The notes: generated from the sequence alone by a model not told the origin. Counted from the stretch's first letter, positions 9,198 through 17,890 are shown. The stretch is 32,000 nucleotides of DNA from Candidatus Heimdallarchaeota archaeon (GCA_030149205.1 JASBSB010000007.1:360001-392000); one strand, 5' to 3'. Made by a program: numbers and translations.

Positions 9198-10898
9198 ATG
9201 AGGGAGAGATTTACATCTCTACTGGACAGTTTAAATGACGGGCTCTATGAGCGTGAAGAACAGGTTAAGATGGTGTTTTTGGCTGCCATGAGTGGCGAGT
9301 CCATCTTCTTGCTTGGCCCACCTGGTGTTGCCAAGTCATTGATTGCAAGGAGGCTGAAGTATGCCTTCAAGGATGCCACGACCTTTGAGTATCTTATGAA
9401 TCGATTCTCCACACCCGAGGAGATTTTTGGACCGATATCCATCTCCAAGCTGCGTGATGAGGACAAACTTGAGCGGGTGACTGAGAGCTATCTGCCATCT
9501 TCAAACATCGCCTTTTTGGATGAGATCTGGAAGGCTGGTCCATCGATTCAGAACACACTGCTGACAATTATCAACGAGCGTATCTTTCGGAATGGCACAC
9601 AGGTGCAGAGGGTTCCCCTTCTCACCCTGATTGCTGCCTCAAACGAGCTCCCAGCTGAGAATCAGGGGTTGGAGGCACTCTGGGATCGGTTTATAATCCG
9701 TATGCTTGTTGACAACATCGAGGACAAGGGGAGATTCTCAGCGATGATCTCAGACACAGATGTAGAGGAGACAGTTGAAATGGATGAGAAGCTCAGGGTA
9801 TCCTTTGATGAGCACAGAAAGTTTCAGTCAGAGATAGCCAAGGTTGTTGTGCCAGGTGAGATCTTCTCAGTCATTGATTACATCCGTCTGAAGATCAAGG
9901 AGTACAACAGTGTGGAGATCAATGAGAAAAAGATCTATGTGTCTGATAGACGGTGGAAGAAGATCATCAAGATTCTTCGAACCTCAGCCTTCATCAACGG
10001 TCGCAAGAAGGTTGATCTGATGGATTGCTTTCTTATAGCAGACATGATCTGGAGTGTCCCAGAACAGCAGGAGCAGATCAGGCTCATGATCAGGGACGCA
10101 ATCACAGAGAATGGGTACTCTTCAGAGGTAAACCTCAGCTCCATAGAGGATGAAATTGAGAAACTTGACATTGAGACAAAGAAAGAAACCATGATTTTGA
10201 ACAAGGAGTCATACCAGACTTACATCACTAAAAAAACCAAGCATAATGGCAAAACCATCGATGTTTATCAGTTATCTGCCTTTTATAATGATTATAATAA
10301 AACTCAGCTCAATCCGCAGTTCAAGTATGTCTGTTTTCGAGATAAAAACTTAAACAAAGTTGTGCAGGGTTCCCCACTTGATTTTTTTGATGGCAATCTC
10401 AAACTTATTCACACTAATTCGTTAAATCAAAAAAATGGGGACGACTTTAGAGATCAGAGTAATCATACTTTCACACTTGCAATGACAAGTAAGGAGAAGG
10501 CATATGCAATTTTAAAGAAACCTCATCCTATATTGGTAACAGAGTGGGATCGCAAGGCAGATGCACTCATTGCTCAGATTACAAAAATAGAGGCTGAATT
10601 AAAGCAGAAGGAGGCAAGGGACTTTCAATCTCTGAAAGAGAACCTTTTTGTTGATCCATCAAAGGCAGAGCACATCCTTGTGAATCTAAAGAACACGTAC
10701 AAGCGACTGAGCAAGGAGAAGATCTTAATCGATGAGGTCAAACACACCTATGCCAATATTGAGGATGGAAAGCGGGTAAACCTGGAGGATCTTATGAAAT
10801 TTGCAGGGATAAAGCGTTCAACAGATTCAGGTGATGTTGAGACTCCTGAAGCTCTAGGTAACTTGTTTAAAAAGATGGATAGGTTGATGAAATCGTAG
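9198..10898 (+). CDS. ravA: RavA-type MoxR AAA+ ATPase
   Basis: GESIFLLGPPGVAKS (Walker A), YLMNRFSTPEEIFGP, FLDEIWKAGPSIQNTLL (Walker B), ASNELP, EALWDRF and VSDRRWKK. A VWA gene lies directly downstream. Confidence 0.9.
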   Translation: MRERFTSLLDSLNDGLYEREEQVKMVFLAAMSGESIFLLGPPGVAKSLIARRLKYAFKDATTFEYLMNRFSTPEEIFGPISISKLRDEDKLERVTESYLPSSNIAFLDEIWKAGPSIQNTLLTIINERIFRNGTQVQRVPLLTLIAASNELPAENQGLEALWDRFIIRMLVDNIEDKGRFSAMISDTDVEETVEMDEKLRVSFDEHRKFQSEIAKVVVPGEIFSVIDYIRLKIKEYNSVEINEKKIYVSDRRWKKIIKILRTSAFINGRKKVDLMDCFLIADMIWSVPEQQEQIRLMIRDAITENGYSSEVNLSSIEDEIEKLDIETKKETMILNKESYQTYITKKTKHNGKTIDVYQLSAFYNDYNKTQLNPQFKYVCFRDKNLNKVVQGSPLDFFDGNLKLIHTNSLNQKNGDDFRDQSNHTFTLAMTSKEKAYAILKKPHPILVTEWDRKADALIAQITKIEAELKQKEARDFQSLKENLFVDPSKAEHILVNLKNTYKRLSKEKILIDEVKHTYANIEDGKRVNLEDLMKFAGIKRSTDSGDVETPEALGNLFKKMDRLMKS

Positions 10899-10913
10899 AT
10901 TGGTGTAGGATAG

Positions 10914-12551
10914 GTGTCTAGAGAAATGAGTCAGGAGGAATCCGAAAAAACTACCCTTGAGTCTCTGCTCAAGCTGGGGTTGTATCTACAGGAATCCAAG
11001 ACCCAAATTATCCTGCAGGAGTGGGAGGCTAGAATGAGTGGTTCCTCTTCAGCTAAGGGTTCGCAGAGCATGTATTCTGACATTCTGGGGGACGTGTTTT
11101 CTGGATCAACAGGAGATGTTCTCCGATCACATTCAGGAATTGAGAAGCAGGTTTTACAGGATCTTGTCAGTGGTCTGAATGAGCTTGAGAAATATGGGTT
11201 GACAAACCATCCCTATGTGGAGGAAGAGATTGATTACAATAACTGGGCAGAGCAGAACCCCCAGGATCAGGATAATTCTGCTTTGCTCTCCAGCATCTCC
11301 AACTATTACACAGATGAACAGTTCAACCTGAAGTTTTTTGAGGACAAGATTGAGGAGATGAACCGATCAAAGAAGGTGGATGAGTCAATGAGGGCTGCCC
11401 TTGCAGAGCAGATGCTCGAGCGCTGGGATGCACAGTTGACCCGTAAAAAGGACGTTTGGTACTTCAATGAGCTGGAGAAGTTTCGGAAGAAATTTGTGGA
11501 GGAGCTGTACAAGCAGACAGAACAATTTCTTGAGATGAAGGACATCCTTGCCCCCTTCACAGATGAGGTTGGCCGGCTTTGGGATCTTTCCAAGGGTTTT
11601 TGGAAGGATGTAAACTTTGAGATCCTGCGTCACCATGCCCAGTTGATCAAGGAACAGCCAGAGTTTCTGGAGTTGGCAAAGTATCTTGGAAGAATGCAGG
11701 CAGAAAGAAGTGAGCTGATAGAGGAGAAGATTCAGTCCACCTCGCTGCGACCAGAATTCATCACAGACAAAAGTCTGAAGGAGGAGCTGGTGGGTATCAG
11801 AGAAAGCAATGACATCAACAACCTCCTCTCCTCAGAGGTTGCCCTGCTTGGCAATGAGCAGACAGAGCTTCTCTTCTTTCTGAAGCTCTCAGAGAGGAAA
11901 CTGTTGACCTATGACTTTCATGGCTTCACCTCAGTCCAAAAAGAGGTTGAGACAGAGGAACTGACACAGAGGGAGGATGATGAAAAGGAGGAGATGGGGC
12001 CGATCATCATCTGTGTTGACACGAGTGGGTCTATGGCTGGCCCACCAGAACGGGTTGCAAAGACACTGTGCTTTGCCATATTAAGAGAGGCACTGTTGCA
12101 GCAGCGGAAGTGTTTTCTGATCACCTTTTCAACAGGTATCAAAACCCTTGAGCTGAGCAACCTTGAGAAGGATCTGACGGGTCTGATAAAGTTTCTCTCT
12201 TTCTCATTTCATGGTGGTACAGATGCGACACCTGCCCTTCAGGAGAGTCTGAGAGCCCTTACTGTGAAAGACTATGAACGGGCAGATGTGCTGATGATCT
12301 CTGATTTTGTCATGGGGAGCCTCCCTGACTCTATCAGGACAGATATAAAGAATCAGCAGGAGAAAGACACGCGATTTCACAGTCTGGTCATTGCCAGCTC
12401 TGGGAATCAGCAGGTGATTGATGTGTTTGACAACAACTGGGTCTATGATGCATCGAGCCAGAAACCCTTCAAACAGATCCTTGAAAAGCTGGAGGGGCTT
12501 CGACAGCGGTCTGAGTCTCAAAGCAAGCAGAAGCAAAACTTAGATGCGTAA
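10914..12551 (+). CDS. viaA: ViaA-type VWA-domain partner of RavA
   Basis: C-terminal VWA domain with MIDAS motif CVDTSGSM, plus FHGGTD and DVLMISDF. It starts 15 bp after ravA. Confidence 0.88.
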   Translation: MSREMSQEESEKTTLESLLKLGLYLQESKTQIILQEWEARMSGSSSAKGSQSMYSDILGDVFSGSTGDVLRSHSGIEKQVLQDLVSGLNELEKYGLTNHPYVEEEIDYNNWAEQNPQDQDNSALLSSISNYYTDEQFNLKFFEDKIEEMNRSKKVDESMRAALAEQMLERWDAQLTRKKDVWYFNELEKFRKKFVEELYKQTEQFLEMKDILAPFTDEVGRLWDLSKGFWKDVNFEILRHHAQLIKEQPEFLELAKYLGRMQAERSELIEEKIQSTSLRPEFITDKSLKEELVGIRESNDINNLLSSEVALLGNEQTELLFFLKLSERKLLTYDFHGFTSVQKEVETEELTQREDDEKEEMGPIIICVDTSGSMAGPPERVAKTLCFAILREALLQQRKCFLITFSTGIKTLELSNLEKDLTGLIKFLSFSFHGGTDATPALQESLRALTVKDYERADVLMISDFVMGSLPDSIRTDIKNQQEKDTRFHSLVIASSGNQQVIDVFDNNWVYDASSQKPFKQILEKLEGLRQRSESQSKQKQNLDA

Positions 12552-12553
12552 TA

Positions 12554-12576
12554 AAAACCGATGACCTGATGGTTTT
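12554..12576 (+). terminator. Possible hairpin just after viaA
   Basis: aaaacc-N11-ggtttt inverted repeat 2 nt after the stop codon. The stem is short and weak. Confidence 0.25.
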
Positions 12577-12806
12577 GGACATTATTAGACAAGTGTTTAC
12601 GAATGTTCTCTTGCTTAAGCAGCTTGGAGACCTAACGCTGACATGTCAAATTGAGGTGAGAAGAGGTTTCACGCTTACTCATTCAATGCCATGTTTCATA
12701 TATTCTTTGTACGGCTGTACCTGTGCTTAGTGATGCAATCAGAAGGCACACATAACTTTATCTTGTGTAGTGAATCTTTAAATAATTTTTATCACTTTAA
12801 TATTTA

Positions 12807-14066
12807 TTGAATAACTATAAATTATATACAATTTCAGTGAGAAATGTTAAGGTAAAGCTACTGATCCTTCTGCTCATTATAGGTGGGTTATGGGAGGTCT
12901 CTCTGTCCTACAATCAAAGCATCCCCGTCTTGGCGTTGTCTCCAGCACCTCATCCTTCAAAAACACTTAGTCCACTGAAGGTCAGCCCTCCGATCTCAAT
13001 CTACGGAGATACTGACTTTGCTAACCAAGCGATGGTAAATGGGTGGCTGGGCAACGGATCCAAATCAAATCCCTACATTATTAAGGACTTGATTATTGAC
13101 GGGGGTGGGAAAAACAATGGGATCTCAATTTCTAACACAAAAGTGTATTTTAAGCTTTCTAACAACACAATAACTAATACTTCTAGGGGTATCTTTCTGT
13201 ACTTTAGTGGAAATTCAACAGTAAATGGGAACTTTGTGAACAAAACTAGAGATTATGGGGTCTTTCTGTACTTTAGTGGAAATTCAACAGTGAGTGGCAA
13301 CACAGTGAGCAATAGCAACACAAAGGGGATATTTCTTTACTCAAGCCACAATTCAACAATTAGTGGAAATAGGATCAATAGTAGTAATCAAGGAATCTAC
13401 CTTTACTCAAGTAATTCTTTAGTTATAAAGGGTAATTTATTCACAAACTGTAATGAAAGTCTCTATCTTTTACGTAGTCAAGATTCTCAATTAATTCAAA
13501 ACATATTCTGTAGGAATTGTTTTCCTATAGTTGATTCTGGTCTAAGAATTTCATATCGTTTTAACCTCATGCAACCAAACAATACAAATGATATGACGTT
13601 CTTGGAAAAGTCTTCTGGACACACCTTAAATTGGACGATCTTGGATGACAAACCAGGGACATATATTTTATACAAAAACTCCACAATATTCAAGAGTGGC
13701 ACCTGGTCCTCAGGTGTTGCCACTAATGTGAGTTTTGATGGACTCACACATGGAACTTACAACATGACAATAGTTTTCACAAATGGATATGGTGACTCGG
13801 TCAGTTATCTTATCTGGGTGAATGTTCTTTACAACCCAAACCTACCCACCCCTAGTCCCACTCCCACAACTCCTGAGCCTTCACCCACCCCTACTCCGAC
13901 TCCTAACCCCACTCCCACGACTCCAGTACCTTCATCAACCCCAACGATCACTCCTCCTACTTCCACCCCAACCCTGCCAATCCCTGGATTTTTGCTGATA
14001 TTAACCCTGGCAGTTCTAATCTTTGTAGGTGTTAGTAGCAAGAAAAGAAAACGATTGAGATATTGA
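12807..14066 (+). CDS. Beta-helix surface protein, paralog 2, with Pro/Thr linker and PGF-CTERM-like anchor
   Basis: Same cap ([12 protein letters not shown]), rungs and Ig-like module (YGDSVSYL) as paralog 1. Ends IPGF-TM-KKRKR. The true start may be GTG 12837 rather than TTG 12807. Confidence 0.85.
   Translation: MNNYKLYTISVRNVKVKLLILLLIIGGLWEVSLSYNQSIPVLALSPAPHPSKTLSPLKVSPPISIYGDTDFANQAMVNGWLGNGSKSNPYIIKDLIIDGGGKNNGISISNTKVYFKLSNNTITNTSRGIFLYFSGNSTVNGNFVNKTRDYGVFLYFSGNSTVSGNTVSNSNTKGIFLYSSHNSTISGNRINSSNQGIYLYSSNSLVIKGNLFTNCNESLYLLRSQDSQLIQNIFCRNCFPIVDSGLRISYRFNLMQPNNTNDMTFLEKSSGHTLNWTILDDKPGTYILYKNSTIFKSGTWSSGVATNVSFDGLTHGTYNMTIVFTNGYGDSVSYLIWVNVLYNPNLPTPSPTPTTPEPSPTPTPTPNPTPTTPVPSSTPTITPPTSTPTLPIPGFLLILTLAVLIFVGVSSKKRKRLRY
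13192..13291 (+). repeat. 31-bp identical repeat at 69-bp spacing (one beta-helix rung)
   Basis: tctttctgtactttagtggaaattcaacagt at 13192-13222 and 13261-13291. Confidence 0.9.
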
Positions 14067-14274
14067 ATTTATGAGTGTTAAAACCCGATAACAGACATTT
14101 AAATTTTAATTTACTAATGGTGAAATCTATATCATGGTTTTGGGGGTGAGATCATTGCAATAAGCGTACAGATTTATCCGGGATATTGGCATCATATCTT
14201 TGGATCCTCTTTTTTGAGACAATTAAATGCTTAAAATTGTTTAAATAATTACAGTATAAACTCCCCTATCCAAC

Positions 14275-14307
14275 AACCCTTAAATGTCTATTTTACATTA
14301 CAAACCT
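14275..14307 (+). promoter_or_regulatory. Putative promoter/operator of paralog 3
   Basis: aacccttaaatgtctattttacattacaaacct, with TATA-like TTAAAT about 28-23 nt before ATG 14308 and ATGT-N7-ACAT dyad. Nearly the same element lies at 15880. Confidence 0.5.
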
Positions 14308-15693
14308 ATGAGGCATCTTATACCAATGTTTGTCTTTCTTTTGCTTCTACTGGGTGTTGCACCCACCTCCTCTGGAACCTCTCACTCTCTGAACCCAACA
14401 AGCCAATTAACCACAAACAAATACAGTCTTCCGATATCCATCAGCGGAAATGTGGACTTTATCAATCAGGCAAAACAAAATGGATGGAGAGGAAACGGCT
14501 CAAGCAGCAACCCCTATTATATTGAGAATCTAGTGATTGATGGGAATGACTCCTTTTTTGGGATAGTAATTCAGAACACGGATCTCTACTTTGTGATTAA
14601 TAACACCAAAATCACAAATTGTCAGTATGGCATCTACATCAGAAAATCATCGAATTTTATAGTCTCTTCCAACACTGTGACTAACAGTAGGGTTGGGTTA
14701 TATCTTTGGAAAAGTAATTATGGGACTCTGTCAGGAAATACTGTGTCTCAGACCGCAGATTCAGGGATTAGGGTTGAGGAAAGCAATTATTCAACTCTCT
14801 CAAACAACACGGTTTCTGGTGGAAATAGCACAGGAATATTCATTACAGATAGTATGCTTCTTAACGTGTTAAATAACTCTGTCTATGACGTTCGAAGCAC
14901 AGGAATCGAACTTTATCGGGGGTTTAAGGTGGATGTTTCTGATAACTCTGTTTCCGGCAGTTATGACGGGATAACAGTTTATAATACCCCTAACTCTACT
15001 GTTAGTGGAAACAGGGTTTCTCAAAGTACTGGGGATGGGATCAGACTTTCAAGCAGTATCAACTCAATCCTGCGTAAAAATGTTGCACATGATAATTTAG
15101 TGGGGATAAGGGTGGGTGATTCCAGTGGTTGTTTGCTATTGAACAACATGGCCTTTAATAACAGTAAATATGGAATAACTGTCTCCTTTGGAAAAGAAAA
15201 TGGTCTGATAAAGAATATTGCTTTTAACAATGCAGAGCAGTTCAATTTGACTATGAGTGCTGTTAGCACCTTACGGATGAATTTGGCACAGTCAAGTAAG
15301 GTGAGATCACTTTCAGTAAGAGAGAATTCAATCGGAAGCAGCCTCAACTGGACGATCCTTGATTCTAAACCAACTTCCTATTCAGTTTACAAAAACTCCA
15401 CACTGTTTTCATCCGGTACTTGGGTATCCGGTTTCAACTCAGTTAACCCTGGCAATATTAGTACGGGAACCTACAATCTAACAGTTGTCTTCAAAAATGG
15501 GTATGGTGATGTTGTTCAATATTTGGTTTGGGTAAAAGTGATTCCTGCTTCTGCTGCCAAAGCATCCACAACAACCCCTACACTCCCCACCTCTAGAGTC
15601 ACAACCCCAGGAATACCTTGGTATGTAAGTATTGTTTTAATTCTTATTTTGGCAGTGGTGAAAAGAAAGCCTGCAAGATCGATAAAGTTGTGA
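14284..15693 (+). CDS. Beta-helix surface protein, paralog 3, with variant PGI sorting tail
   Basis: Same architecture with a short Thr-rich linker. Ends TPGI-PWYVSIVLILILAVV-KRK. The start is probably ATG 14308, by alignment with paralog 4. Confidence 0.85.
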   Translation: MSILHYKPMRHLIPMFVFLLLLLGVAPTSSGTSHSLNPTSQLTTNKYSLPISISGNVDFINQAKQNGWRGNGSSSNPYYIENLVIDGNDSFFGIVIQNTDLYFVINNTKITNCQYGIYIRKSSNFIVSSNTVTNSRVGLYLWKSNYGTLSGNTVSQTADSGIRVEESNYSTLSNNTVSGGNSTGIFITDSMLLNVLNNSVYDVRSTGIELYRGFKVDVSDNSVSGSYDGITVYNTPNSTVSGNRVSQSTGDGIRLSSSINSILRKNVAHDNLVGIRVGDSSGCLLLNNMAFNNSKYGITVSFGKENGLIKNIAFNNAEQFNLTMSAVSTLRMNLAQSSKVRSLSVRENSIGSSLNWTILDSKPTSYSVYKNSTLFSSGTWVSGFNSVNPGNISTGTYNLTVVFKNGYGDVVQYLVWVKVIPASAAKASTTTPTLPTSRVTTPGIPWYVSIVLILILAVVKRKPARSIKL

Positions 15694-15879
15694 AACCCAG
15701 TTATAATAGGCTGGTTCTTGGGTAAACCATGTGATTGATTGATTTTTTATCAACAATCAATAAAAGAAAACTAACCAAATCACTCTGGATCCAAATTTAT
15801 TTCCGAAATTATCTTCTTTTTACAAATTTTGTTGATTGTATTTTTCAAGATTTTTTACACGGAACCAAATTTATCTCAT

Positions 15880-15912
15880 AACCCTTAAATGTGAATTTTA
15901 CATCACAAACAC
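15880..15912 (+). promoter_or_regulatory. Putative promoter/operator of paralog 4
   Basis: aacccttaaatgtgaattttacatcacaaacac, starting 33 nt before GTG 15913, with ATGT-N7-ACAT at 15889-15903. Confidence 0.5.
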
Positions 15913-17514
15913 GTGAAGAAACTGTTTTCTGTACTTGTCTTTCTTTTGCTTGTGCTGGGAGTTGTACCCTCATTCTCTGTGGTGTCACCCACTGACATAT
16001 CGTCATCAATATTACCTTCGACCAAACAGAGTGCTCCTATATCCATTAACGGGAACACGGACTTCACCAACCAGGCAAAACTGAATGGATGGAGAGGCAA
16101 TGGCTCTGGTTCAAACCCTTTTATTATCGAGAATCTGTTGATTAATGGAAATGAATCCCTGTTTGGTGTCATTATTCAAAACACTAATCTATCTTTTGTT
16201 TTGGCGAATATTACAGTAATTAACTGTGAGTATGGGATATATCTCTGGAAATCTAAGAATTTCCTGCTATCATCCAATAGTGTGAGCTATACTAGAATTG
16301 GCGTATATCTTTGGAAAAGTAATGATGGGACTCTGAAAAATAACACAGTTACAGGATCAAACATTGCGGGGGTTTTAATTGAACTGAGTTATGGTATCAC
16401 TCTTTCTAATAACTCGATCATTGATGCAAGTAATGTGGGTTTTTACGTAATGAATAGTGGGGACCTTCAAATATCTGGTAATAAGATCTATGGGTACCCC
16501 GGTGTGGGGATTCTAATTAATAGTGGACCAAACACTATGTTATTGAATAACACCGTTTCAGGAAGTCGAAACGGAATTCAGATGGGTGGCAGTCCAAATT
16601 CAGTCATAAAAAGGAACACCCTATTTAATAATGGTAATAGTCTTAGTCTGTCCAGCAGTTCTAATTCTACTCTACAAGATAACGTAATTTACAGTAACAC
16701 AGTGGGGATTGTGGTCAGTGATTCCAACAACAACAAAATTGTAAATAATACCGCGTTTAGCAATATAAGAGGGGGGATTGCCCTGATCCGTAGTATAAAT
16801 TCTACATTTGCGGGAAACAAAGTTTCACTGAACTCAGACGGTATATCCATTACTGATTCCAGCGAAATACTTCTTGTGAACAACACAGCTACAAATAACA
16901 GTAAAACAGGGATCTCGGTTATAAGTTCAACAAGTTCAACCTTTATCAACAACACAGCTACAAATAATAGTAAAACAGGGATCTCGGTTATAAGTTCAAC
17001 AAGTTCAACCTTTATCAACAACACAGCCTTTGATAACTCCCAGCAGTATTATTTAAGTGGAAGCACCTTTGTGAAGCTTCGAAAGAATGTAGCCCAGTCG
17101 ACCAAGGTGAAACAGTTCACAATGAAGGAAAAGACCTTTGGGAACACCTTAAACTGGACAATCTATGATGACAGACCAAGGAGCTATTTTGTGTACAACA
17201 ACTCCAACCTTTACCTATCAGGTACATGGGTATCCGGGCTCAACTCGGTAAATCTTGATAATTTCACAAAGGGCACCTACAATCTGACAGTTGTCTTTAA
17301 AAATGGTTACGGAGATGTTATTAAGTACATGACCTGGTTAAATGTGCTATTCAATCCTCATCCAGAGAACAGAACCACCACAGCTAGCAAGTCAACCTCC
17401 ATTCCCACAATATTTCCAACATCAAGTGTAACCACCCCAGGATTTTTGGGTGTATTTGCCCTCACCTTTTTGATCATTCTTGTGGTTTTTCGAAGACGTA
17501 TAAAAAGGCAGTAA
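15913..17514 (+). CDS. Beta-helix surface protein, paralog 4, PGF-CTERM-like anchor
   Basis: Same architecture with the longest rung region. Ends TPGF-LGVFALTFLIILVVF-RRRIKRQ. Confidence 0.87.
   Translation: MKKLFSVLVFLLLVLGVVPSFSVVSPTDISSSILPSTKQSAPISINGNTDFTNQAKLNGWRGNGSGSNPFIIENLLINGNESLFGVIIQNTNLSFVLANITVINCEYGIYLWKSKNFLLSSNSVSYTRIGVYLWKSNDGTLKNNTVTGSNIAGVLIELSYGITLSNNSIIDASNVGFYVMNSGDLQISGNKIYGYPGVGILINSGPNTMLLNNTVSGSRNGIQMGGSPNSVIKRNTLFNNGNSLSLSSSSNSTLQDNVIYSNTVGIVVSDSNNNKIVNNTAFSNIRGGIALIRSINSTFAGNKVSLNSDGISITDSSEILLVNNTATNNSKTGISVISSTSSTFINNTATNNSKTGISVISSTSSTFINNTAFDNSQQYYLSGSTFVKLRKNVAQSTKVKQFTMKEKTFGNTLNWTIYDDRPRSYFVYNNSNLYLSGTWVSGLNSVNLDNFTKGTYNLTVVFKNGYGDVIKYMTWLNVLFNPHPENRTTTASKSTSIPTIFPTSSVTTPGFLGVFALTFLIILVVFRRRIKRQ
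16879..17027 (+). repeat. Near-perfect 69-bp tandem duplication (2 copies plus 11 nt)
   Basis: 16879-16947 and 16948-17016 differ at one synonymous site (C16899/T16968). Each encodes NNTATNNSKTGISVISSTSSTFI. Confidence 0.95.
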
Positions 17515-17626
17515 TACCAGTTTCCCAGAACCATTTGTTCTTATTTCTTGTAAGAAGTGATCAAATAATTGAGAGGCATTTCCTAAGAGATAGGTTTCTG
17601 CCTGATTAGGGTGTTAACAACATAGC

Positions 17627-17890
17627 TTGTTGGTAGAAAAACATCTGGATTTTATCGAACATGCAAGGATTGAGAAATTTAATGGGATTCAGCTTTATGT
17701 GGATCGACCAGAGAATATCATAATCAACAAGCTTTTGCTTGGAACGGAACAGGATTTAGAGGACGCAGTATCAGTCTTTGTAAGAAACTATAAAACCCTT
17801 GATAAGGATGAAATGGAGCTCCTAGCAAGCAAATATAGTGTTTTAAAGGAATTTATCAGCTTTGTAAAAGAGACCGAATCTTTGATGTAA
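17627..17890 (+). pseudogene. C-terminal fragment of a DUF6036/AbiEii-like nucleotidyltransferase
   Basis: PENIIINKLLLGTEQDLEDAVSV...LDKDEMELLA fits the C-terminal P-E-x-L-I-I-x-K...D-x-x-D pattern. An in-frame TAA lies at 17615 and the N-terminal catalytic part is absent. Confidence 0.5.

Noticed and set aside
15787-15877. 17-bp imperfect direct repeat (ggatccaaatttatttc / ggaaccaaatttatctc) upstream of paralog 4
   Set aside because: AT-rich, only two copies and not clearly present upstream of the sister paralog 3, so chance cannot be excluded.
16879-17027. Diversity-generating retroelement TR/VR pair
   Set aside because: The repeat is tandem and in-frame, its only mismatch is C/T rather than at an adenine, and no reverse transcriptase is in the window.
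7412-17514. Nitrous-oxide reductase maturation (nosD) function
   Set aside because: NosD here names only the beta-helix fold family. No nosZ, nosF, nosY or nosL genes are present and the proteins carry surface anchors.
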